64,000 bases of DNA from Eledone cirrhosa (lineage: Eukaryota): positions 234,112,001 to 234,176,000 of the forward strand of contig OZ024742.1 of NCBI GenBank assembly GCA_964016885.1, given 5' to 3'. Shown here piece after piece: positions 38,249 to 49,555 of this stretch. The stretch's first letter is position 1. Every line of letters begins with the position of its first letter. The position numbers were made by a program, and so were the translations under genes. Under the pieces are notes generated by a model. That model worked only from the letters and a program-made list of their open reading frames with translations, made no database searches and was not told where the DNA came from.

Positions 38249-38434
38249 CCCTTTAGCATTTACATTACTCTACTATTATATTTTCATGGTAAAGGCTTTA
38301 CCTCACATAATATCGAATCTATGAGATTTTGAAAGTATTTATTTTGAGAACAATACCTTAAGTTTGAACGACCAGTTACAACCAGTTTCAATAGAAAGAG
38401 GTAGAGAATTCTGGCCAGTTTTAACATTAAAGGG
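38249..38434 (+). mobile_element. P1 MITE nested in an RTE 3' tail (about 38170-38503)
   Basis: CCCTTTAG..TAAAGGG-TTAA; the flanks rejoin to TCTTGCC-TTAA-GTGGGA, similar to the RTE tail at 23800. Confidence 0.85.
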
Positions 38435-38833
38435 TTAAGTGGGACAAAACCATCCAACCCATGCTAGCGTGAAAAATGGACGTTAAACAATGACGACGAT
38501 GATGTGTATTGCTAAAACAATTAACTTCACATAATTTTTATGTCAAATTTTAATATTTTGATATCTGAAAAGTTTAATATTTTGATATCTGAAAAGTTTT
38601 TAACTGTCGTTTACATAGCCATTAAAGTTGGTGAAAATCAGTCCCAAACCCCCAATTTTGCCATCTATTTTTTTTTTTTTGTCACATATTTTTCTTTTTT
38701 TACAGAATATATACAGTTGTTATTTCTAGTAGTACAGGCCACATAGAAATAGGCTCCATTTTTGGTTTGTCTTTCTCTGTAGTAAAAATTATTAGTTGAT
38801 CATTAATAATACTAAATTTATAGTAGGAAAATG

Positions 38834-39325
38834 ATTTAAACCAGCCGTATCCAGCCAGAATTCTCACCTCTTTCTGTTCGAACTGGCTGTAATCGGCCGT
38901 TCATACTGATATTAACTCTTTAGTATTTACATTATTCTATATATACTATTGTATTTTCGTGGTAAAGGCTTTATCTCTCAATATATCTCACATAATATTG
39001 AATCTATGAGATTTTGATATTATTTATTTTGAGAAAAATACCTTAACATCAGTATGAGTGTCCAGTTACTGTCAGTTTGAACAGAAAGAGGTGAGAGAAT
39101 TCTGGCCCATTTAAATGCTAAAGGGTTAAGGTATTGTTCTCAAAATAAATAATATCGAAATCTCATAGATTCAATATTATGTGAGGTAAAGCCTTTACCA
39201 TAAAAATATAATTGTTTCTACTTTAGGCACAAGGCCAGCAATTACCCAGTGCATTACTGGTACTTTATTTTATCGACCCCGTGAAAATATAATAGTATGT
39301 ATTGAGTAATGTCAATACTAAAGGG
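38834..39325 (-). mobile_element. P1 MITE containing an opposite-orientation P1 MITE (38916-39125) and a truncated SINE (39213-39281)
   Basis: Inner element flanked by TTAA at 38912 and 39126; SINE flanked by AAAATATAAT at 39203 and 39284. Confidence 0.85.
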
Positions 39326-40018
39326 TTAATTGTAAAACTTCTGCTCTCAATTGAAAGAGTCATATGCTAACTGTCTTAATAGATATTGCTCCAATTTTAC
39401 TATTTATGGAAACAATTGGTATCGTAATAATATAGCTGTAATGATCATTCAACTTCCTTTGATTGAATAAATAACATTGAAAGAAATAATAATAGTGAAT
39501 TAATCATTAGGACAAGAGCCTGTGTTTTTTTTTTTTATTGTTAATGGATTAAAGGATTATCGCTGAATAATGAACAGGCTTAATTACATAGGCATCCCTA
39601 GCCTATTCAAAAAAGTGTATTCAGGTAAATGTCATGTCAGCAACATTGTCAACTAATCAAGGTAATTAACTTGAAAAGAGAAATTACTGGAATTAAATAA
39701 GTAGAGTGAATAGTAAAGCTGATATGGTTGGTGCAAATGTCTGGAGAGCAGTAGTAGATTTTTGTCTGAGACCATTGTACTTGTTTACCTTGGGAAATCT
39801 TTTCAACCTGTAGGGCAAATGTAGAAGAATGGCTCAAAAGATGACTTGGATAAACCTGCTGAAAACTAGTTCTGAATAAACTTTTAATACAGGCATAAAT
39901 TTATTCACCAAAATTACTTTTCAGGTCTGAATTTTATTCTGGTAATTGAGGATTGGGGATAAACTAAATGTTTTTGCCTTAAATAAAATATTAGACAAAG
40001 ACAATAAAATATTAACTA

Positions 40019-40661
40019 TCTAAACTATAATAAAGGAAGGACTGCGTACGGTTTATTTTTTTTATCCCGTTAGTAAAATAACTTGGATTACTTTGAATAA
40101 ATAATTGTTTCTACTTTTGGCACAAGGCCAGCAATTATCCCAGTACATTACTGGTACTTTATTTTATCGACCCCGTAAGGATGAAAGGCAAAGTAAACCT
40201 CGGCGGGATTTGAATAAATAATGAATGAATATTACATAATTTATCTACTAAATTTCGTAAAAAATAAATAATTTAAAATTGACTTCTTTTCAAAGTTGCA
40301 CTTCCGGTATATCGTTGCCACCACCACCACCACCACTTCAACTACCATATATATAGAAAGAGAGAGTGTGTGATGTTAACACTTCCGGTGGCAATCACTT
40401 AAATAAACATACTAATTTTCTGTCACTAATTTTCTCCTAATGCAGTTTATATATAATATTGTCTTTTTTTAATGTATCATGGATTACGTTACTGATTACA
40501 TAAGACAGTGTAACAACGTCTTCGTTCAATTTCTGTTTATATTGTCAATTACGATTTTATTTGATGTATCATATCTACATGTATATATACTTGCGTATAA
40601 TATCAATATACACACTACACATGCTAGCAGAAAACCATCCGAAGGGTGGTTTTTCTGCTAG
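40019..40661 (+). mobile_element. Possible non-autonomous Helitron carrying a truncated SINE (40105-40208)
   Basis: 5' TCTAAACTATAATAAAG; 3' hairpin ending CTAG-T; SINE flanked by TTTGAATAAATAAT repeats. Confidence 0.45.
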
Positions 40662-41609
40662 TTACTAATAATTTTAGGAATGAAAGTAAAAACAGTTGAG
40701 ATATTTTATTGACCTGGAAAGGGATTTGATCTAAGAACATTGAAGTACTAAGCTATGCTGACATGTAAAAATAGGACATCAATTATGATAAGCATTCTAC
40801 TCTTTTAACCCTTTGCAGTAATTGTCACCATTTTACATGTTTTTCTGTATTTGCATGGATTGAACAGGTCTTTCTTCATCTCAGTGTATCAATACTTGTG
40901 GTACCTTGCCATCTCCTCTGTCAGCTTCAGTATCCTAAGATCAACTACTTTTTCTCATCCTCAATCTTTCTCTTTTTTCTATTCTTTGCACATCTTACTG
41001 AATATTGAAGCAGGAATCTTGTTCTTTTAATTGTCACTTGTGGATATTATTTTGTTGTGAAGTTTCAGATCAAAGAGCTTTAAAATTACATGGAACTCTT
41101 AGATTTCTAATAGTATTCAAAATATTCTTACACATTGAAAATCTTTTAAACTATAATTCTGACGTAATGTTCATTTTTCCATGCTAGCATGCGTTAGGCG
41201 AGTTACCCCGTTGTGAGTCAAGCCAAGTCAGATGACATTGTCTTGTGCATACAGAAATGGTTTTGGCTTGGTTTCTATGGCTGGATGCCCTTCCTAACAC
41301 TAACCACATTTACAGTGTGTGCTGGGTGCTTTTTGTCGTGACACCTACATGACCATTAAAATTGAGTAATAAAAAATATAATGGAAAATTACTTTTGACT
41401 TTCACTTGATGTGTATTGAGAATAAGACAATTAATTGTAGTCATTGTCACAACAAAACATATACAGTTATATTAACTCTTTCTTTATTGTTCTGTCATAG
41501 TATTAACATTTTAGGTGTCAAAGTCTTGTTATACATCTGCAACATACTTACTTTTGATATTACAAAAATGTTAATAAATGTGAATATAACATTTTCTGTG
41601 TATTTTTAA

Positions 41610-41839
41610 CCCTTTTGATGCCAAACCACCTGAAACTCACCTGGATTCTATGATAGAAAACTGTTTATTTTAAAGTGTTTATATAAAACCTTCCATCATA
41701 ATTTTATGTAAGAACTCCTGTTAAGTTATACTCCAAAATTTGGATGAATAACGAGGAAGCTAGTTTATTACTAAATCCCTCCAAATTCATGATTTTTTGA
41801 AAATTGTATGCATTGGTTTTCATTATTTTAACGAAAGGG
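41610..41839 (+). mobile_element. P2 piggyBac-type MITE
   Basis: TTAA-CCCTTTTGATGCCAAACC ... CGAAAGGG-TTAA. Confidence 0.8.
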
Positions 41840-42115
41840 TTAATATGTTAATATGTATCTTTTAGCGAGACCCACTCTGTTCCAAGTATTTGGACTAGGT
41901 CTCCAGTCAGAGGATAACTCATTATCTTGATGCACTATTTTCTACTGCAGCAACCTGTGGGTTGTGCTTCCTCTTCCTCTCTGCCCCCACCCATTAATCT
42001 TTGAGGCTCTGCAAAAGGTCATGGCCACTGATCTTTCTGCTCCAACTAATCTATAACAAAAAAATTGATGACTCTATTTACAATGTTGTTGTGTGTTGGT
42101 TGTATAAAACTTCAA

Positions 42116-42568
42116 CCCTTTCTTTACCACATTTCTAATGAAAGACATTGTTTATAATTTTCAAATAACTTTGAGAATAATCAAGAATTTGGAATGATTG
42201 AGTAATATGATTTACTTCATTATTATTAAGCTGGTGTTTAAGAACAGTGGATTGGTAGAAACATTAGAGTGTCTGTTGGATAAAATGTGTTGCGGCATTT
42301 GTTCCGGCTCTTTACATTCTCAGTTCAAATATATCCAAGGTCCAAGTACTGGGGCTGATATAATCGAGACTTTCTGTTTTCCTCAAGATTGCTGGCCTTG
42401 TGCCAAAATTAGAAATTATTATTAAGCTAATGGTTAGAACATAACTTAGTAAAGGTTTTTACATAGGATTATGGTGGAAGATCTTTTAGATGAATATAAA
42501 AACTTTAAAACAAACAGTTTTGTATTGTAGAACCAGGGGCAGTTTCAGGCAGTTTGGTATCAAAAAGG
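42116..42568 (-). mobile_element. P2 MITE with a nested SINE A (about 42245-42420)
   Basis: Reverse complement of 56943-57170, interrupted by SINE head, body and tail. Confidence 0.7.
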
Positions 42569-42730
42569 TCAAACCAAATCAATTATAGCTGATTGGGGAT
42601 AGAAAATAATTGTGCATCATCATTAAAATAAGGAGGCAGTAAAACTCAGTTGGAGAAATTATTAGTACAAACAAGTATTTTTGTAAATAACAATCCATAT
42701 AACAGTGTACTTTAATGAAATCTTTGCTCA

Positions 42731-43633
42731 TTTATATATATAAAACTGGGGGTGTCTGTCTGTGTGTGTGTGTGAGTTTGAATCCCTAAAACTCGAGAAC
42801 CACCCAACCGACTGTTTTCAAACTTTACACATGTAATACTTATGTTTCAGGGAGTGTTCTGAGCAAAACAAATTTCAAGTTTTCAATGCCCTAGGGACCG
42901 CATTAGGCGATTTAGCGATCTCTCTCTATAATTCTTAGTCTTTCTCTTTTTAGATAGATACATACATATAACGTCGCGCCCTTATAATATATGTCTGTAT
43001 GCCTGACTGTCTGCATTACGTCACTTCCCTGAGGATGTCTGTCTGTCTGAGTTTGAATCCCTAAAACTCGAGAAGTACCCAACCGACTTTTTTCAAACTT
43101 TACTACATCTGTATTACTTATATTTCAGGGAGTGTTATGCACATAAAAAAATTCAACTTTTTGATCTCCTAGCATTAGGTGAAAAACTGCGTTTTTTCAG
43201 GTTTTTAGGGGTTTTTTGAGTTGTTACGTCAGACTGATTTCCTTGAAATTGTAACTATGTATTAGTCAGTCTCTTCTTCATACCGTGAGCAAAGAAAATC
43301 CAACTTTTTTATGGCCTAGGGCCCGCATTAGGTGAAAAACTTCTTTTTTGAGGCATTTTTGAGGCGTTACATCTAGCCGATTTTCCCGAAATTTCAAGGA
43401 TTTTATGCACATAAAAAAAATTCATTTTCTTGATCCCCTAGGGCCTGCATTAGGTGAAAACCTGCATTTTTTCTGCTTCATCGAGGAAAATCTAAAAGAT
43501 TATCCAGCCATCAGAGTATTCGGTTTATTTTCTTTACATATTGTCCAGGCATGCAGTTTTTCCATGATTAGGTCTGTTGGTGGCCCGCGTTCCAAAATAT
43601 CTTATCCTGTGCAACGCCAGGTACCACTGCTAG
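42731..43633 (+). mobile_element. Non-autonomous Helitron-like element
   Basis: A|TTTATATATATAAAACTG start, (GTCT)/(GT) microsatellite, internal subrepeats (GTTTGAATCCCTAAAACTCGAGAA twice; CCTAGGG..GCATTAGG several times), 3' hairpin CCTGTGCAACGCCAGG then CTAG|T. Confidence 0.75.
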
Positions 43634-43707
43634 TTGTATATACAATACTGTGCAATTGTTATTTAAGTTAGGATTTAGCTGCAAAAATACATTGATGAAA
43701 CACTAAA

Positions 43708-45195
43708 AATAATAATAATTTAAAAAATAAGAATGAAATTATTGTGTACAGTGCTCAGGTGCACTACAACTCGTCAAAGGTGCATGTATAGTACATAGAA
43801 TAATATACAAATGTCAGGGAAGTGAATAGTGTATGAGTCATGATATACATGTGTGTATGTGTATGGAGGGGGAACATTAGGCGTAGTGTTGGCGAATCTC
43901 AGGAAGCATGGAGGTTTTAAAGGATGCAGTGTCTCGACAGTTAACAACTGATGCAGGTAGTTTGTTCCATGCTTCAGCAACTCTGAGCGTGAAAAAATGT
44001 TTCTGAAAGTCATGGGAACTGTGCTGTTTTCTGACTTTGTGGGCATGCCTACGTGTGTTAGACACATGGAAATCAAAAAGGTACTCAGGGTTGTTGTTGG
44101 CAAGATGGTTAATAATCTTGTGGGTGTTTACCAAGTCAGTTGCCAGACGCCGGAGCTTCAATGTATCCATGCCCAGGGAAGCAAGGCGTTCAGAGTATGG
44201 TAGATGCCTGATGGACGGTATTCGCTTGGTTGCACGTCTCTGAACAGTTTCCAGGCGGTCAATGTTCTGAGCAAGATATGGGTTCCAGACTGGTGATGCA
44301 AATTCTAAGTGTGGCCGCACCATAGCCATGTACAGCCTTAAATAGATAGCTGGAGAGCAGCTGACAAAGGTCTTGCTGAGTGATGCTAAGACACCCTCGG
44401 CCCTCTTGACAATTTTAGAGATGTGCTTCGTCCAACATAAATCGCTGCTGACCGTAATGCCCAGGTCACGTTCACAAGAAGACTTCTTGATATTAGTGCT
44501 GTGGAGGGAGTATGTGGACGCTGGGTTTTTACTCCCAAAATGCATGGTGGTGCACTTGTCCACAGCTAGCTTGAGTTGCCAGTCTGAGACTGGACACAAT
44601 GCAATAATGATCGTCTGCGTACTTTAGTACTGTGGCATTCTTTAAGTTAGCATCTATGTCATTAATATATGCCACCAACAAAAGGGAGCCAAGAACAGAT
44701 TCCTGTGGTACACCAGATGACATCTCATATGGTGAGGAATGCTGTCCCAGAACCGTGACTACCTCTCTTCGACAGAGAATGAAGGACTTCAACCAGTTAA
44801 AAAGATCATCCTTCATACCCATTGCAGAGAGTTTTGCCACAAGCCTTTTGTGTGGCACAGAATTGAAAGCTTTCGCAAAGTCAAGGTAAACAACATCCAC
44901 CCATGAGCCGCCATCAGTGATCCGGGTGATGTCTTCAAGAAACTCGATAAGTTGATCACAGCAGCTGGAGTTGGGGATAAATCCAAATTGCGAGGGCCGG
45001 ATAAGACTGTGAGAGTTCCAGAAGTTCCAAAGTGTTTCGCTGACACAGAATTCCATCAGTTTGGCAACGCAACTAGTAAGACTGACTGGACGATAGTTCA
45101 CCCTTTTTGAACAGAGGAATAACACTGGCAGTTATCCACTGTTCTGGAGTAGCACCGTTGTTCAGACAGAATTGGAAGAAGCGTGATACTGGTAC
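43708..45195 (-). mobile_element. CR1-clade LINE, 5'-truncated, frameshifted RT
   Basis: NYRPVSLTS, QFGF, YLDFAKAF, GVPQESVLG, YADD (44529..45125); CERDLG, VRPHLEFASPVW, QRRATK, FFTLRVAEAWNKLP (43877..44599); (TTA)n tail. Confidence 0.95.
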
Positions 45196-45417
45196 AGAAG
45201 GAAGTAGATATGTTAAAATGATATTACTTATTAGCACTGCAGCTTTTAAAAGCTGTAGAATCCTTTGAGAATAAGATAACAGAAATAATTTTGAATATAA
45301 GAGAGTATCTATTTTAATTTGTACATCTTACCATATTTGGAAATTGCTCTGAAAAACAATTTTTGTTTCAGATGTTGGTGTTAATATTTTCAACTGTCTT
45401 ATATTTATAGTAAGGCT

Positions 45418-47018
45418 CATCATCATCATCATCATCATCACCGTTTTACGTCCGTTCTTCCACGCTAGCATGGGTTAGACGGGTTGTCCTGTTGTGGGCA
45501 GTGTCTGGTCGGCTGACCATGCCTTGCTCATACAGGAACTGATCTGGCTTGATTTCTACAGCTGGATGCCCTTCCTAACACCAACCTCATTTACAGTGAG
45601 TGCTGGGTGCTTTTTCGTGGCGCCTACACGTCCACTTTACAGTGTGGGCTGGGTGCTTTTTTGCCGTGGCACCTCCACGACCACCTTGCGGTGGGGGGGG
45701 GGGGGGGGCATATTGTTTATATGCTTCAGCATGTACCCATGGGAGGTCGGGTATCCTGTATTACTGCGTGACGCCAGAAGTCACGGTCGTGTGTCATTGA
45801 CTTTGAGAGGTGTAGTTGGGTAAGGTCGGCTTTTATCACCTCATCCCAAGTCATCTTGGGTCTCCCCACTCCGCGGTTTCCATCAACTTCTAGTGCTCTG
45901 CACCTTTTTATGCAGCTGTCATCCTTCATACGCATCACATGTCCATACCAGCGTAACCGCCTCTCCTGCACGCAGCATTTGATTCCTCTTATGCTCAGTC
46001 TCTCTCTCAATTCCTTTATGCTTTGTCGTTCACGTATATTACTGTTACACATCCATCGGAGCATGCAGGCTTCGTTTCTCTCTAATCTACGTAAGTCTTC
46101 CACCTTCAGCGCCCAGGTCTCACTACCATGCAACATCGCTGTTCGGATACACGCATCATACAGTCTGCCTTTCATTCTGAGGGAGAAGCCTTTTGCAGCT
46201 AGCAGTGGTAGTAGTTCCCTAAACTTCTTCCATCCCGTTCTTACCCTAGTTATTGTACTTTCTGAGCACCCACCTCCGTTGCTAATTCGGTCACCTAGGT
46301 AGCAGAAGCTGTCTACTGTTTCTACAGGGCCCTCCCAGAGATTGGTGGTACTTGTTTCCTGTGGCTGTTTGCTTGCTGTTTCAGCACAGCTGCTGCATGT
46401 GAATCCTACATTCTTAATTAAGCTTCCTGAGATCCCGCTACATCTCTTGTGTACCCATTGTTTGCATTGGGGGCAGAGAATGGAGTTCCTACCTACACCT
46501 TTCCTACATACTGAGCAAGGCCATTTCCCTGAGGGGATCTGGGTTCTGTTTTCTCGTCTACTTATAAGGACCTTAGTCTTTGTCATGTTGACTTTGAGGC
46601 CCTTTCTCTCTAGTCCCTGCTTCCAGGTTTGGAATTTATTCTCTAGTTCTACCATAGATTCAGCTATGAGTGCGAGGTCATCAGCATACAGGAGTTCCCA
46701 TGGGCATCCGGTCTTAAACTCCTCCGTTATTGCCTGCAGGACTATGATGAACAGGAGAGGGCTAAGAACAGAACCCTGGTGGACCCCAACCTGTACGCTA
46801 AATTCCTCGCTATACTCATTGCCAATCCTAACTTTGCTGACTGCTCCCCTATACATGGCTTGTACCGCTTTCACAAGCCATTCATCTACTCCTAGTTTTC
46901 TAAGAGCCCACCAGATTACTGCACGTGGAACTCTGTCAAAGGCTTTCTCAAGGTCGACAAATGCCAAGTAGAGTGGCTTACTTTTAGCTAGGTACTTTTC
47001 CTGTAATTGCCTCACAAG
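45418..47018 (-). mobile_element. Young 5'-truncated RTE LINE with uninterrupted RT C-terminal ORF (45726..47015)
   Basis: FVDLEKAFDRV, GVHQGSVLSP, YADD, CSVC..CPQC..H..C..CSSC PHD-like finger, FCYLG, RRLRWYGHV; (GAT)n tail. Confidence 0.97.
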
Positions 47019-47494
47019 GAAGAGGGCTCTTCTTTCATATCTTTATACAGCTAATGTTTAAACTTTTTTTTCTTCAAAGAATTCTCCATAGTCTACAATT
47101 CAACCCCCGAAACAGTAGGTTTTTTCATATTCATGTAAATAGATAAAGGCAAGCAAAGTTATAAAATTCATAATACCCAAATTATGGAGCTGTTATCTTC
47201 ATTTTAGGCCAACTTGAATGAAGTATAATCAAAGGATTTCTTTGTTTCGGGTCTTATACAATATTCATGAAACAAAACATGGTTTTATCACTTGACATAT
47301 GCAAAAATGTTTGCTTTTATGTTTTACTTATTTCTTACTAAATTGTTTCAAAAGGTTTAAAAACAGTTTCTCACAAGATACTCACTTTCTTCTCAGTTTC
47401 AAATATTTATGAGTGAAAGAAGTACTTTAAATGCTTTTAGAAAAGATTGTTTCTAGCTGATTAACTATTATATATATTTTTTTTTTTGTTGAAG

Positions 47495-47572
47495 GTATAA
47501 CTTGTTGATGTATTGATATCATATCATCTGAACAGACTTTTACACCTTCACGGATATTTTATAACATACAAC
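47495..47572 (+). other. egh: 5' UTR part of the egh-like start-codon exon
   Basis: Poly-T tract plus GAAG acceptor ending 47494; in-frame TAA at 47498 upstream of the ATG; contains mini-uORF ATG-TAT-TGA 47508-47516. Confidence 0.65.
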
Positions 47573-47609
47573 ATGCTTCCATTAGATCAAAAAGGAAGTG
47601 CCAAACCTG
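47573..47609 (+). CDS. egh: egh-like gene, first coding exon (MLPLDQKGSAKP, phase 1)
   Basis: ACAACATG start, donor CTG|GTAAGT at 47609/47610; splices in frame to acceptor TTTTCCAG| at 48092/48093. Confidence 0.75.
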
Positions 47610-48092
47610 GTAAGTTGTTTTTATCAATTGAATTGGATTACCCTACAGTAGTCAAAAAATATTTACTGCCAAATTATTTTTAAACTCAAAAATATGTATT
47701 TGTGAATCAGTAAATTGTTTCCATTTATAGCTGTTCTCATTCAACTTCTGTGCATTTGATGCATATAGTTGTACTTACTAAATTGCTAAAACAGTTAGAA
47801 ACATGCTTAACCCTGCAGCAGTCACAATATAAATGGTGTTGGATGTCAATACTTTCACATGGAAATGAAACAAAAAGACAAATGCTGCATTCTATGTGAT
47901 TTCTTAAGAATGTTCCTGCTACCAAAGGTTATATGTCAACAAAGCTAGGTATGGTTGAGTATCACTGACTTTATAATGGTTGTAGTTAGCCAGTTTTAAG
48001 TTTAAAAAATTAAAATGCATATGCCTGTATTCTTTTATGAAAAAATATATTATATGCATGCACAACTTGAAATTATTATTTTTATTTTCCAG

Positions 48093-49555
48093 GCAACAAC
48101 CATAAACGTTTTGTCCCTTTAAGAAGGCAGTACCGAAGAGTTCGTATTCGTATGGATGGCCGCTTACTACATTGCCTTATGGTATCTTTGTTGCTATTCA
48201 TCATTGCAGTAAGTATCGTCCAAGCTAGTGGAATGATTGGTGCCATTACTGTACCCACTGCTGAAGTCCTTAGTGGTTATAAAGCATCTTCACTCTTTAT
48301 TCTCTACCTGCTCCGTCTCTTGACACTGATGCCTTTACCACTGACACTTTTTAATTTTGCTGGAATTGTCTCATTCAACACTTTTCCTAGAAAACCAAAG
48401 CTGCGAGGATCTACTCTCTTTGGACCCTTTATTTGTTTTCGGGTGGTTACAAAAGGTCTTTTCCCTAAACTGGTTCGCAATAACGTTACCAAGAATCTGG
48501 AAGTATGTAGTCAGCTTGGTTTTGATAATTTTGTTTTTGAAGTTGTGACAGATGAAGCAGTTCAACTCCCTAAACTGCCTCGAGTTCGAGAACTTATTGT
48601 TCCAAATGAGTATCGTAGCTCCAAAGGTACTTTATACAAGGCCCGTGCCTTGAATTATTGCTTGGAGGAAGGCATAAATTATCTTAATGATAATGACTGG
48701 ATTGTCCATCTGGATGAAGAAACACTCTTGACAGAATCCTCATTAGTTGGCATTATCAACTTTATTAATGAAGGCAAACATGATTTTGGTCAAGGGGTAA
48801 TCACTTATGCAGATGGAGAAATTGTGAATTGGTTAACAACCCTCTCTGATGTTGTTCGAGTTGGAATGGATTATGGAATGCTACGTTTTTGTCTCAAGTT
48901 TCTTCATAAACCTGTCTTCAGTTGGAAAGGATCTTTTATTGTCTCAAATGCAGGGGTTGAAAGAAAAATAACTTATGACTTTGGTCCAGATGGAAGCATT
49001 GCTGAAGACTGCTTTTTTGCTATGTCAGCTTGGCGAGATGGCCATACCTTTGGATTTGTTGAGGGAGATATGCATGAAAAAAGTACATTTTCTCTTGTAG
49101 ACTATATAAAACAACGCAAGAGATGGGTACAGGGTATTTTACTTGTTCTCTTCAGTCGTATGTTGCCATGGCGTTGTAAGATGGGTCTCTCCGTGATGAT
49201 TCTCTCTTGGATTACTTTACCATTAACTGTACCTAATATAATTTTAGTTCTTCTTTTCCCTTTACCGATGCCAACAATAGTAAATGCCCTATGTGGTTTT
49301 ATTGGAGGTACTGTTGTATTTCTATTTATTTTTGGAGCGATAAAGTCTTTCTCTTTAAGAAATATGGGACGCTGTCAATATATTCTTTTATGTCTTGCTC
49401 CTATTTTGGTGGCTCCTCTCGCCATGGTAATGGAAAGTATTAGTGTAATTTGGGCCATTTTTGGTCATAGAAATCATGTCTTTGATGTAGTAAATAAAGA
49501 AACCAACAATACTGCAACAGACTTGGAATCTGCTGATCCTGTAGAAACTGTTTAA
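48093..49555 (+). CDS. egh: Beta-1,4-mannosyltransferase egghead/bre-3-like (GT2 family, glycosphingolipid synthesis), main coding exon
   Basis: 467-aa ORF from 48152 with PFICFRVVTKG, FEVVTD, KARALNYCLE, WIVHLDEET, GQGVITY, FSWKGSF, GSIAEDCFF, QRKRWVQG, N- and C-terminal TM segments, terminal ETV; colinear with Drosophila Egh as recalled. Confidence 0.95.

Noticed and set aside
38549-38600. 24-bp tandem duplication TTTAATATTTTGATATCTGAAAAG
   Set aside because: Ordinary slippage duplication with no functional signal
46342-46971. 209-aa plus-strand ORF, and similar antisense ORFs over the Gypsy, CR1 and RTE copies
   Set aside because: Antisense shadows of TE coding sequence
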